DNA of 64,000 nt, taken from an uncultured Acidimicrobiales bacterium (GTDB lineage Bacteria > Actinomycetota > Acidimicrobiia > Acidimicrobiales > SZUA-35). The notes under the pieces were generated by a model. The model was not told the DNA's origin, made no database searches, and worked only from the letters and a program-made list of their open reading frames with translations. Shown here one piece after another: positions 27,020 to 36,488 of this stretch. Location: the NCBI GenBank assembly GCA_963715325.1, contig CAVQRR010000002.1, positions 13,428 to 77,427 on the forward strand. Direction: 5' to 3'. Made by a program: the position numbers and the translations under genes. Every line of letters begins with the position of its first letter. Positions within the stretch are counted from its first letter, which is position 1.

Positions 27020-27864
27020 TGGTGCAACCGCTTGGCGTAGGCACGAGCGGCCAGCCACAGACCGACCCCGACGTAGGCCCCCAGCACCGCGAGGTGGACG
27101 ACGGCCGTCCGTAGGCTACCGGAGGCGGTGGTTGCCCCCCGAACCAACTCGACGGCGTGCCACAGCGGGGAGACCGAGGCCAACGCCCGCAATGGGCCTG
27201 GCAGCTGTTCGATCGGAAAGAACGTGCCGGACAGCAGGAACGATGGCAGCACCCCGAGGCGGAAGATCAGCGGGAACGAGGCTTCGCTCTCCCGGCCGAT
27301 GGCCCAGGCCGAAAGCCCCGTCGAGTAGGCCAGGCCACCGAGGGCCGCCGCCGGCGGTGCCACCAGCACCCACGCCGAGCCGATGGCCCCCGCCACCGCC
27401 ATGATGGCAACGAACACCGTTGCCGCAACCAGCATCTGGATCACCAGCCAGGTTTGCATCCCCAACGCCAGGTCGACCGGACGGATCGGAGTTGCCATCA
27501 CCCCGTGGGCCGTTCGCAGCCACTTGACCGACGCCAGGACGGGGAACAGGGAGCCGTTCACCGCGGTCTGCATGGCGGCGGCCGCCATCAATCCCGGGGC
27601 GACGTAGTGGAGGTAGGGGGTGCCGTCGAGGGTGGTGCCGGCGTTGCCGTCGATCAGGCTCCCGACCCCCACACCCATGGCCAGCAGGTAGAGGACCGGG
27701 CTGATCAGTATCGTCACGATGCTGCCACGCCAGAAATGGCGAAACAGCGTGGCGTAGTACTCGGTCACCAGCAGGAACCGGGGGGTGCTCCGACGTCGGC
27801 CGGCACCGGCCACGACGCCACCGGCCGTCGCACCGGATCGTGGCGGGCCTTCCACCGCGGTCAT
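27016..27864 (-). CDS. ABC-2 type exporter permease
   Basis: 282 aa with six TM segments, paralogous to the downstream permease. It follows the ATPase after a 10-nt gap. Confidence 0.8.
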   Translation of the reverse strand: MTAVEGPPRSGATAGGVVAGAGRRRSTPRFLLVTEYYATLFRHFWRGSIVTILISPVLYLLAMGVGVGSLIDGNAGTTLDGTPYLHYVAPGLMAAAAMQTAVNGSLFPVLASVKWLRTAHGVMATPIRPVDLALGMQTWLVIQMLVAATVFVAIMAVAGAIGSAWVLVAPPAAALGGLAYSTGLSAWAIGRESEASFPLIFRLGVLPSFLLSGTFFPIEQLPGPLRALASVSPLWHAVELVRGATTASGSLRTAVVHLAVLGAYVGVGLWLAARAYAKRLHQ

Positions 27865-27874
27865 GAGGTTGCCA

Positions 27875-28834
27875 TCAGTCGACGAGCGTTCGACCGGTCA
27901 GTCGGAGGAACACATCCTCCAGGGTGGAGCGACGAACCAGCGAGCCGATCGGGGTGATCCCGAGCCCGGCGATGACCGACGCCGCGTCGTCGCCGTCGTC
28001 GGCATAGACCAGGACCCGATCCGGCAGCGGTTCGACCTGGAAAGGCAGCCCTGCGAGCTCGCCCACTGCGGCGTGGTGCCTGTCGGGGTCGTCGAATCGG
28101 AGCTCCAGTACCTCTCTGGTGCAGTGGGCCTCGATCAGTTGCCGGGGCGAACCGTGATCGACGATCCGACCCTTGTCCATCACCACCAACCGGTCGCACA
28201 GTTGCTCGGCCTCGTCCATGTAGTGGGTGGTGAGCAGCAGGGTCGCCCCCTGCTGCTTGAGCCGGTACAGCCGCTCCCACACGAGATGTCGGGCCTGGGG
28301 GTCGAGCCCCGTGGTCGGCTCGTCGAGCAGCACCAGTTCCGGCTGATTGATCAGCGCCCTGGCGATGGTGAGCCGCCGTTTCATGCCACCGGAGAGCGGC
28401 TCGACCTTGTCGTCTGCCCGCTCGCCGAGCTGGGTGAAGGCCAGCAACTCGTCGGCCCGGCGCCGCACCTCCTTGCGTGGCAGATCGAAGAACCGGCCGT
28501 AGACCAGCAGGTTCTCGCGCACCGTGAGGCCGATGTCGAGGGTGTCCTCCTGGGGGACGACCCCGAGCCGGGCCCGGACCGCGGCTCCCTCCAGCGACGG
28601 ATCGAGGCCGAAGATCGACAGCTCGCCTGCGGTACGGGGCGAGACGCACCCCAGCATCCGCATCGTCGACGACTTGCCGGCGCCGTTCGGGCCGAGAAAC
28701 CCGAACGCCTCACCGGCGTTGATCTCGAAGTCGATGCCGTCGACGGCGCAGAACGAACCGAACCGCTTGGTCAGGCCCCGGGCCACCACCAGCGGACCGG
28801 CGCGGTCGGTCGACTCTCGGCGGCTGTCTGGCAT
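27875..28834 (-). CDS. ABC exporter ATP-binding protein (DrrA/NodI-like)
   Basis: Walker [11 protein letters not shown], signature LSGGMKRRL, Walker B LVLLDEP. The start is taken at MPDSRR (28834); an alternative is 28899. Confidence 0.88.
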   Translation of the reverse strand: MPDSRRESTDRAGPLVVARGLTKRFGSFCAVDGIDFEINAGEAFGFLGPNGAGKSSTMRMLGCVSPRTAGELSIFGLDPSLEGAAVRARLGVVPQEDTLDIGLTVRENLLVYGRFFDLPRKEVRRRADELLAFTQLGERADDKVEPLSGGMKRRLTIARALINQPELVLLDEPTTGLDPQARHLVWERLYRLKQQGATLLLTTHYMDEAEQLCDRLVVMDKGRIVDHGSPRQLIEAHCTREVLELRFDDPDRHHAAVGELAGLPFQVEPLPDRVLVYADDGDDAASVIAGLGITPIGSLVRRSTLEDVFLRLTGRTLVD

Positions 28835-28923
28835 CGGGACAACCGTAGTGGCCCGCCGCTGCTGTGGCCGAGGTGATTTCCTCGCCGGCGCGGCGACCAA
28901 CCGACCCTCGCCGGTCCCGCCCG

Positions 28924-30378
28924 CTATTCGTCCCGCAGGACCTGCACGTCGTGGGGGTGGCTCTCCCGGAGCCCCGCTCCGGTGATCTTGGTCAGCCGGG
29001 TCTTGGTCCGCAGGTCCTCCAGGTTCGACGCCCCGGCATAGCCCATCCCGGCCCGCAGACCGCCCACCAACTGACCGATCAGCTCGGCCAGCGAGCCCGC
29101 ATAGCGGACCCTGGCCTCAACCCCTTCCGGCACGTGTTTGCCGGGGGCCTGGCCGGTGCCGTAGCGGTCGGCGGCCCGGCCTTTCATGGCACCGGCCGAG
29201 CCCATGCCCCGGTAGGTCTTCCACATCGAGCCGTCGACCAGCTCGAGGTCCCCCGGAGCCTCGTCGACCCCGGCCAGGGCATTGCCGAGCATCACCGCAT
29301 CGGCCCCGGCGACGAAGGCCTTGACGATGTCGCCAGAGGAGACCACACCGCCATCGGCGATGATCGGAATGCCACGGGGCCGAGCCACCAGCGAGGTCTC
29401 GTAGATGGCGGACAGCTGCGGCATGCCGGCGCCGGCCACCACCCGGGTGGTACAGATCGATCCGGCGCCGACCCCGACCTTGATCATGTCGGCCCCGGCC
29501 TCGATCAGCGCCTCGGCCCCCTCGGAGGTGACGACGTTGCCGCCGACAACGATGACGTCGGGCCACTTCTGCTTGAGGTGGCTGACCGTGTCGACGACAC
29601 CCCGCGTGTGGCCGTGGGCGGTATCGACGACCAGCATGTCGACCCCGGCCGGGATCAGGGCCTCGGCCCGCTCGGCGGCGTCGCTGACCCCGACCGCGGC
29701 GCCGACCCGGAGCCGACCCTCGCTGTCGAGGGCGGCGTGGGGTTTCTCGATCCGCTTGGTGATGTCCTTGACGGTGATGAGGCCGCGGAGACGGCCACCT
29801 TCGTCGACCAGCGGCAGCTTCTCGATGCGGTGCTCGTGGAGGATGGCCACCGCCTGATCGAGCGATGTCCCGACCGGAGCGGTGACGAGGTTGCGGGAGG
29901 TCATGAAATCGGTGACCGGCCGGTCGTCCTCGTTCTCGGTGCAGAACCGGACGTCACGATTCGTGAGGATGCCGACCAGGAGCTGGTCGTCGTCGACGAT
30001 GGGCACACCGGAGATCGAATGGCGGGCCATGATCGCCTCCGCCTCGGCCAGCGTCGCCTTCGGGGTGAGGCTGACCGGGGCCGTGATCATGCCGGCCTGG
30101 GCCCGCTTGACCCGGTCGACCTCGGCCGCCTGGGCGTCGATCGACAGGTTGCGGTGGAGCACACCGATACCACCCTCACGGGCCAGGGAGATGGCCAGCG
30201 GCGCTTCGGTGACGGTGTCCATCGCAGCCGACAGCAGCGGCACCTTGAGATCGATCCCGGCCAGGTCGGTGGCGGTCGACACCTCGTTCGGCAGGATCTC
30301 GCTCCACCCGGGGACGACCAGCACATCGTCGAAGGTCAGCGATTCGAATCCTGTCAGCAGCTCGTGGTTTCCTGCCAT
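28924..30378 (-). CDS. guaB: IMP dehydrogenase
   Basis: [12 protein letters not shown]-terminus, a CBS pair, the catalytic loop [14 protein letters not shown] and GSLVGG-type blocks. ATG 30378 is preceded by GGAGGA. Confidence 0.93.
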   Translation of the reverse strand: MAGNHELLTGFESLTFDDVLVVPGWSEILPNEVSTATDLAGIDLKVPLLSAAMDTVTEAPLAISLAREGGIGVLHRNLSIDAQAAEVDRVKRAQAGMITAPVSLTPKATLAEAEAIMARHSISGVPIVDDDQLLVGILTNRDVRFCTENEDDRPVTDFMTSRNLVTAPVGTSLDQAVAILHEHRIEKLPLVDEGGRLRGLITVKDITKRIEKPHAALDSEGRLRVGAAVGVSDAAERAEALIPAGVDMLVVDTAHGHTRGVVDTVSHLKQKWPDVIVVGGNVVTSEGAEALIEAGADMIKVGVGAGSICTTRVVAGAGMPQLSAIYETSLVARPRGIPIIADGGVVSSGDIVKAFVAGADAVMLGNALAGVDEAPGDLELVDGSMWKTYRGMGSAGAMKGRAADRYGTGQAPGKHVPEGVEARVRYAGSLAELIGQLVGGLRAGMGYAGASNLEDLRTKTRLTKITGAGLRESHPHDVQVLRDE

Positions 30379-30431
30379 GTGTTCCTCCGATTGCAACTTC
30401 GTGTGGCGCCGGGTCGTTCCAGCCAATCAAA

Positions 30432-31059
30432 TCACAACTTGGACCGCAGTTCGGTCAACACGCTGTGAATACTCGCGACCAGCAACCGGTGCTCGGCGAG
30501 ATGGACCCGCTGCTCGAATGATGCCAGGGAATCGCCCGGCTCGAACGGCACCTCCTCCCAGGCGATGACCGGGCCGTCGTCGATGCCCTCGTCTGGCACG
30601 AAGTGAACCATCACACCCCCCGAGCGGGCCTCACCTCGTTGCCACGCCTCGAACGCCCTGGCGATGGCGCCGAGGCCGGGAAAGGCCCCCGGCTTGGCCG
30701 GGTGGAGGTTGATCACGGTGTGGTGGGCCAGGAAGGCGTCGGTCAGCACCCGGTTCCAGCCGGCGAGCACCACCAGGTCGGCGCCGACGATCTTGGCCTC
30801 GTATGCCAGCTCGGTGTCGTATTCCGCACGGTCCCGGCCCTGGTGGGGCATGACCGAGGTGGCAACCCCGGCCGCTGCCGGCCCGCTGGAGAGCGTAGGC
30901 GTCGGGGTTGTTCGAGATGACGAGCACCACCTCGGCGTCGAGCCGGTCCACGCCGGGCACGACCGGGGACGAACCAGCGCCGGCGCAGGCGTCGAGTATG
31001 GCCTGAAGGTTGGTGCCGGAGCCGGAGACCAGCACCACCAGCCGGGCCGGTCCGATCAA
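30432..31059 (-). pseudogene. purN: phosphoribosylglycinamide formyltransferase, split by one frameshift (possibly an assembly error)
   Basis: The N-terminus (LVVLVSGSGTNLQAILDA...VISNNPDAYALQRA) is in ORF 30631..31059. The remainder (AAAGVATSVMPHQG...INLHPAKPGAFPG...) is in the frame of ORF 30432..30851. Deleting one base at 30877-30882 restores ALQRAAAAGVATSV. The TTG start overlaps the purD::purM stop. Confidence 0.8.
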
Positions 31060-33362
31060 TGCAGGGCAACCCCCTGGCCGTCGACGATCCGGCCGATCAC
31101 CCTGGTCGGTTCCGGGATGGCGGCCTGGACCGCCTCCAGGTCATCGGGGGCCACGATGGCCACCATGCCGATCCCCATGTTGAGGATCTGGTGGGCCTCG
31201 ACCTTGTTCAGACCGGCCAGCCCGACCAGGAACTTGAACAGCGGCGGCCTGGTCCACGACGACGTGTCGACCACCGCCCCGCAACCGTCCGGCAGGACTC
31301 GGGGCAGGTTGTCGACGAGCCCGCCACCGGTGATGTGGGCCAGCCCCTGCAGCAGATCGCCATCGAGCGCCGCCGAGAGAGGCGCCAGATAGGAGCGGTG
31401 GACCGCCAGCAGCGCCTCACCGATCGTGGTGTCCGGCAGGCCGGGCAGCGGGTCCTCGAGATCGATGCCGGACAGGACCTTGCGGGCCAACGAGTAGCCG
31501 TTGGTGTGCAAGCCCGACGACCCGAGACCGACGAGGAGGTGCCCCGGCTCGATCGACGCCCGAGGAAGCAGTTTGGACCGTTCGACCACCCCGATCAGGG
31601 TCCCGGCGATGTCCACCGCGCCGTGGGTCAGAACGTCGGGCATCTCCGCGGTTTCGCCGCCGAGCAGGATGCAGCCGACCTCCCGGCAGGCGGCCGCCAT
31701 GCCGGACACCACCCGGGCCACGAGGTGGGGGTCGAGGGAGGCCGCGGCCACCGTGTCGAGGAAGAACAGCGGGCGGGCCCCCTGAACGAGCACATCGTTC
31801 ACACCATGATTGACGATGTCGGCCCCCACCGATTCCCAGGAGTCGAGCTGCTCGGCCAACACGGTCTTCGTGCCGACCCCGTCGGTGGTGGCCACCAGGA
31901 GCGGATCGTCGAGCCCGGCCAGCGACCTCAGGTCGAACACGCCACCGAAGCTGCCGAGGCTGCTGACCACCCGATCGTCGTGGGTGCTCAGCACCGACTC
32001 GGCCATCCTGGCGGTGGCGTCGGCGGCGGCGGCGAACGACACACCGGCCTTGGCGTAGGCACTGCCGGCCTCCACCATCGGGTCGCGTTCCGGCGCAACC
32101 CGCTTCACGTAGCGATAGCCGATGTCGGAGCGGGCGAAGAGCTGGTCGTTGACCAGCTCGTCGACCACCCCGTAGACCTTCTCCAGTGCGTCTGCCAGGT
32201 CGATGCCGGTGCCGGTCACCGACAGCACCCGGCCACCGTTGCTGATGACCCGACCGTCCTCGACCTTGGTCGAGCTGTGGATCAGGGTCACCCCGGGCGG
32301 GGTCGTCACGTCGGGGATCGGGATGTCGAGCGCCGGCGTCGTCGGGTAGCCCTTTGCCGCCACCACCACGGTGGCCGCGGTGACATCGGCGACCCGCTCG
32401 ACCTCGGCCTTCGACAGCAGCCCCCTCGATGCCAAGGCCATCAGCTCCAGCACGTCCGAGCCGATGAGAGGCAACAACACCTGGGCTTCGGGATCACCGA
32501 ACCGGCAGTTGTACTCGATGAGCCGGGGACCGTCGTCGGTGAGGATGATGCCCGCATACAGGACCCCGATGTACGGCATGCCCTCGGCGGCCATCCCTTC
32601 GACCGCCGGGACGAGGAACCGTTCGACCAGCTCCGGCTCCAACTCGGCCATGCCCGGCACAGGAGCGAAGGCCCCCATGCCGCCGGTGTTCAACCCGGTG
32701 TCACCATCGCCGACCCGCTTGTGGTCCTGCGCCGTGCCGATGGCGATGACCGTGGATCCATCGGCGATGCCGAACAGCGACAGCTCCTCGCCCTCGAGCC
32801 GCTCCTCCAGCACCACCGTGGCCCCGGCCTCGCCGAGGGTCCTGTCGGAAAGCAGGCTGTAGATGGCCCGTTCGGTCTCGACCCGATTCTCGGGGATGAT
32901 GACCCCCTTGCCGGAGGCCAGACCGTCGGCCTTGACGACGACCGGACGGTCGAAGCCGTCGAGCCACTCCAGGGCCGGTGTGACCTTGGTGAAGGACTGG
33001 CATTCCGGCCCGGGGATCCCGTGACGGGCCGCGAACTGGCGGGCGAACGACTTCGACCCCTCCAGCTGGGCCGCGGCCGCCGATGGACCGAAACAGGCGA
33101 TCCCGGCCGCGGTGACCGCATCGGCCAGCCCGGCCACCAGGGGCGCTTCGGGACCGACGATCACCAGGTCGATGGCTTCGGAACGGCAGTACTCGAGGAG
33201 CGCATCGGAATCGGCCACATCGAGTGAGACGTTGTACTCGGCGGTGCCGGCGTTTCCGGGGGCGACCGCCAGCGACGCCAGCATCGGCGACCGGGAGATG
33301 GCTCTGGCGATGGCGTGTTCCCGCCCTCCGGATCCGATCAGGAGCACATGCAGCTTGTTCAT
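31056..33362 (-). CDS. purD/purM: bifunctional phosphoribosylamine--glycine ligase / phosphoribosylformylglycinamidine cyclo-ligase (PurD-PurM fusion)
   Basis: A single uninterrupted 768-aa ORF. Residues 1 to about 425 are PurD (LLIGSGGREHA, ATP-grasp, GGRVLSVTG). Residues from about 435 to 768 are PurM (YAKAGVS..., LVATTDGVGTK, AHITGGG). Confidence 0.9.
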   Translation of the reverse strand: MNKLHVLLIGSGGREHAIARAISRSPMLASLAVAPGNAGTAEYNVSLDVADSDALLEYCRSEAIDLVIVGPEAPLVAGLADAVTAAGIACFGPSAAAAQLEGSKSFARQFAARHGIPGPECQSFTKVTPALEWLDGFDRPVVVKADGLASGKGVIIPENRVETERAIYSLLSDRTLGEAGATVVLEERLEGEELSLFGIADGSTVIAIGTAQDHKRVGDGDTGLNTGGMGAFAPVPGMAELEPELVERFLVPAVEGMAAEGMPYIGVLYAGIILTDDGPRLIEYNCRFGDPEAQVLLPLIGSDVLELMALASRGLLSKAEVERVADVTAATVVVAAKGYPTTPALDIPIPDVTTPPGVTLIHSSTKVEDGRVISNGGRVLSVTGTGIDLADALEKVYGVVDELVNDQLFARSDIGYRYVKRVAPERDPMVEAGSAYAKAGVSFAAAADATARMAESVLSTHDDRVVSSLGSFGGVFDLRSLAGLDDPLLVATTDGVGTKTVLAEQLDSWESVGADIVNHGVNDVLVQGARPLFFLDTVAAASLDPHLVARVVSGMAAACREVGCILLGGETAEMPDVLTHGAVDIAGTLIGVVERSKLLPRASIEPGHLLVGLGSSGLHTNGYSLARKVLSGIDLEDPLPGLPDTTIGEALLAVHRSYLAPLSAALDGDLLQGLAHITGGGLVDNLPRVLPDGCGAVVDTSSWTRPPLFKFLVGLAGLNKVEAHQILNMGIGMVAIVAPDDLEAVQAAIPEPTRVIGRIVDGQGVALH

Positions 33363-34774
33363 TCCAGCACCCCGTCGAACCGCTTCTTCCCGGTGGTCAA
33401 CGACAGCTGCACCGGCATCGGGTACGAGCCGGTGAAACAGGCGTTGCAGTAGCCGTCGTCGCGCCCGAGGGCCTTCATCATCCGGGGTACGGACAAGAAG
33501 CCGAGGCTGTCGGCCCCGATGTGCTCACAGATCTCCGGCACCCCCAGTTGGTGGGCGATCAACTCGTCGTAGGAGCCCATGTCGACCCCGAAGAAGCAGG
33601 GATGGGCCACCGGTGGGCAGGTGATGCGGACATGGACCTCCAACGCACCGGCATCACGGATGAGACGGATCAGCTGGTTTGCGGTCGTGCCCCGGACGAT
33701 CGAGTCGTCGACGACCACCACCCGCCGGCCGGCGATGTTCTCCGGCAGCGTGTTGAACTTGAGGGCGACACCCTGGCGCCGCAACTCGTCTGTCGGTTCG
33801 ATGAAGGTCCGACCGATATAGCGGTTCTTCACGAAACCCTCGTTGTACGGGATGCCCGACACGTTGGCGTAGCCGATGGCGGCAGGCGTCGACGAGTCCG
33901 GGACCGGGATGACGACGTCGGCCTCCACCGGATGTTCCCTGGCCAGCTCCTCGCCGAGGTTCTGCCTTGCCTGGTGAACGAGCAACCCGTCCCAGGTGGC
34001 GTCCGGCCGGGAGAAGTAGATGTGTTCGAAGGTGCAGCGGGCCTGCGACGGCTTGGCCGGCACCGCCTGGCGGATCCTGGCGATGGTCGACTGCAGCACC
34101 ACGATCTCGCCCGGCTCGATCTCCCGGATCGATTCGCAACCGAGGGTGTGGAGCGCTCCCGATTCCGAGGCGACCACATGACCACCGGATGGCAGCCGGC
34201 CCATGGACAGGGGCCGAAAACCCCAGGGGTCGCGGGCGGCGAGGACCTTCGTACCGGCGATGATCACCAGCGAGAATGCACCCTCCCAGCTCGGCATCAC
34301 CGAAGCCAGCCGCTCCTCCCAGGAGTCGCCGTCGGCCCCGGCCAACATCAGGGCCAGCACCTCGGAGTCCGATGAGGACTGCAGCCCGGCGCCTCGCTCC
34401 AGGAGCTTGGTCCGCAGTCGATCGGCATTGACCAGGTTGCCGTTGTGGGCCACCCCCAATGGTCCGTGGATCGTCTCGACGACGTAGGGCTGGACGTTGC
34501 GTTCGCTGTTCGACCCGGTGGTGGAGTAGCGGGTGTGGCCGATGGCAAGGCTGCCAACGAGAGGGTCGAGGTTGCCGGGCTGGAACACCTGGTTGACCAG
34601 GCCCTGACCCTTGTGGATCCGCACCGCCCGACCGTCGGAGACCGCGATGCCCGCCGCCTCCTGACCCCGGTGCTGCAACGCGTAGAGGCCGAAGAACGCC
34701 GACCGGGCGACATCATCGGACGGGGAGGCTATGGCCAGGACCCCGCACTCTTCCTTTGGCCGATCGAGCTCCAT
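33359..34774 (-). CDS. purF: amidophosphoribosyltransferase
   Basis: Ntn Cys after a short propeptide (MELDRPKEECGVLAI), PRPP motif VVVVDDSIVRGTT, and C-terminal Fe-S cysteines (CFFG...CNACFTG). An upstream ATG at 34879 is an alternative start. The stop overlaps the purD::purM start. Confidence 0.9.
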   Translation of the reverse strand: MELDRPKEECGVLAIASPSDDVARSAFFGLYALQHRGQEAAGIAVSDGRAVRIHKGQGLVNQVFQPGNLDPLVGSLAIGHTRYSTTGSNSERNVQPYVVETIHGPLGVAHNGNLVNADRLRTKLLERGAGLQSSSDSEVLALMLAGADGDSWEERLASVMPSWEGAFSLVIIAGTKVLAARDPWGFRPLSMGRLPSGGHVVASESGALHTLGCESIREIEPGEIVVLQSTIARIRQAVPAKPSQARCTFEHIYFSRPDATWDGLLVHQARQNLGEELAREHPVEADVVIPVPDSSTPAAIGYANVSGIPYNEGFVKNRYIGRTFIEPTDELRRQGVALKFNTLPENIAGRRVVVVDDSIVRGTTANQLIRLIRDAGALEVHVRITCPPVAHPCFFGVDMGSYDELIAHQLGVPEICEHIGADSLGFLSVPRMMKALGRDDGYCNACFTGSYPMPVQLSLTTGKKRFDGVLE

Positions 34775-34939
34775 GTCCGGGGTACCTCTCAACTGTCGGG
34801 GTCTAGTGTCGGGCGACGTGTCGTCGCCCGGCTGTTGGACCGCTGCCGCGATCTGGGGCCGAGCGGTGTGCGTCGGCAAGCCCGCCGACCCCGGTGGCGA
34901 GAGTCGCTCCGGCCGGGCCGTTCCATTGCCGCCGTGGTC

Positions 34940-35428
34940 TCAAGGCGACGCCTCGGACGCCAGCAGCTCTCGATCGCCGTCCAGCACCCGCTGTGCCGCC
35001 TTGGCCTGGTGGGCGGCGATACGATCCCGGAGCCCGGGATCACCGAGACCCAGTATCTTCGCCGCGGCCAGGGCGGCGTTGCCCGGCTCCAGGGCCACGA
35101 TGGGCGCCACCCCTGGAGGGGTTCGCAGGCTCGACAAGACGTCGAGCCCCGCAAAGGCATCCGACCGGGGCGGGCAGGCCACCACCGGTGACACCACATT
35201 GGCGTCGGTCAGTCCGGACAGGGCATCGCTCATGCCGGCAACGGTGATGAACACCGTCGGCTCTGGCGAGCCGTCGTAGTGGCGGAGCAGGTCGAGAACG
35301 TGCTCCGGGACCCGGTGGGCCGACCCGACCCGACGAATGACTGGAACGTCCAGGGAATCGAGCACGTCTGCGATCTTGTCGGCCCAATCGGCGTCGCGGG
35401 GGGACCCGCACAGGATGACGACCTGCAT
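34940..35428 (-). CDS. purE: PurE-family protein, class-II-like (AIR carboxylase type)
   Basis: 162 aa. It has GSPRDADWA...VGSAHRVPE like PurE. Where class I has AGGAAHLPG, it has VAGMSDALSGL...PVVACPP...DVLSSLRTP. It starts 6 nt after the purC stop. Confidence 0.7.
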   Translation of the reverse strand: MQVVILCGSPRDADWADKIADVLDSLDVPVIRRVGSAHRVPEHVLDLLRHYDGSPEPTVFITVAGMSDALSGLTDANVVSPVVACPPRSDAFAGLDVLSSLRTPPGVAPIVALEPGNAALAAAKILGLGDPGLRDRIAAHQAKAAQRVLDGDRELLASEASP

Positions 35429-35433
35429 GCCCC

Positions 35434-36393
35434 TCAGCCCTCGCCGCCGGCCAGAACCGAGGCCAGGTTGGTCTCGAGCCGTTTGTCCGCCGGCTGGGCT
35501 CCCGGTTCGAAGGCCAGCCCGGTCAGCGACTCGTAGAGCTGCACGTACCGGGCCGAGGTCTCGGCCCAAACCTCGTCCGGCAGCGTGGGAGGCTCGCCGT
35601 CACCGGTGTAGCCGATCTCCTTGAGGGCCAGCCGGACCGGCTCCTTGTCGAAGCTCTCCGGTGACCGGCCGGACGCGAGGCGTTCCTCCAGCGAGTCGAC
35701 GGCCCAGAACCGGGACGAATCCGGGGTGTGGACCTCGTCGATCAGCAGCAGCTCGCCGTCCGGGCCAAGACCGAACTCGTATTTGGTGTCGGCCAGCACG
35801 AAGCCGGCGTCTGCCGCCAGCTGCTCGCCTCTGGCGAACAACTCGATCGCCACCTTCTGGACCTGAGCCCACAGGCCCGGCTCGACCAGGCCCAGTTCGA
35901 CCACCTCGTCGCTGGTCACCGGCTGATCGTGTTCGCCATGCTCGGCCTTGGTGGTGGGGGTGATCAGCGGCTGACCCAACGGCCCGTGGGGGGTGAGACC
36001 GTCTGGGAGTTGATGGCCGTAGAGCAGGCGCTCACCGGCCTGGTACCGGGGCAGCAGGCTGGTGGAGGTGCTCCCTGTCAGCCGGCCTCGAACGACGACC
36101 TCCACCGGCAACGGGTCGGCGTCGATGGCGATGAGGGCGTTGGGATCGGGTACCTCGATCACGTGGTTGGCGACGATGTCGGAGGTCTTGGCGAACCACC
36201 AGGCGGCCAACTGGTTGAGGACCTGACCCTTGTGGGGCACCGTCCCGATGATGCGATCGAAGGCGCTGAGCCGGTCGGTGGTGACCAGCAGGCGACGCCG
36301 GTCCGGGAGAGGCCAGGCCTCCCGTACCTTGCCGGAGGTTCGACCCTCCAGGTCCAAGTCCACGGTCGACAAAGTCTGGTCTGGTCCCACCAC
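35434..36393 (-). CDS. purC: phosphoribosylaminoimidazole-succinocarboxamide synthase
   Basis: SAICAR synthetase blocks GKVREAW, LLVTTDRLSAFD, LADTKYEFG, LIDEVHTPDSSRFW. The start is the GTG doublet at 36393/36390 inside the run-on ORF 35434..37074. Confidence 0.88.
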   Translation of the reverse strand: MVGPDQTLSTVDLDLEGRTSGKVREAWPLPDRRRLLVTTDRLSAFDRIIGTVPHKGQVLNQLAAWWFAKTSDIVANHVIEVPDPNALIAIDADPLPVEVVVRGRLTGSTSTSLLPRYQAGERLLYGHQLPDGLTPHGPLGQPLITPTTKAEHGEHDQPVTSDEVVELGLVEPGLWAQVQKVAIELFARGEQLAADAGFVLADTKYEFGLGPDGELLLIDEVHTPDSSRFWAVDSLEERLASGRSPESFDKEPVRLALKEIGYTGDGEPPTLPDEVWAETSARYVQLYESLTGLAFEPGAQPADKRLETNLASVLAGGEG

Positions 36394-36488
36394 CCCATCA
36401 TGGCCAAGCCACGTCCCGGCGCGGGCGACGGTCGGCCAAGTTGAACAAAAAGTAAGCCGACCCCCGTGGGGTCGATCGACAAGCCGGA

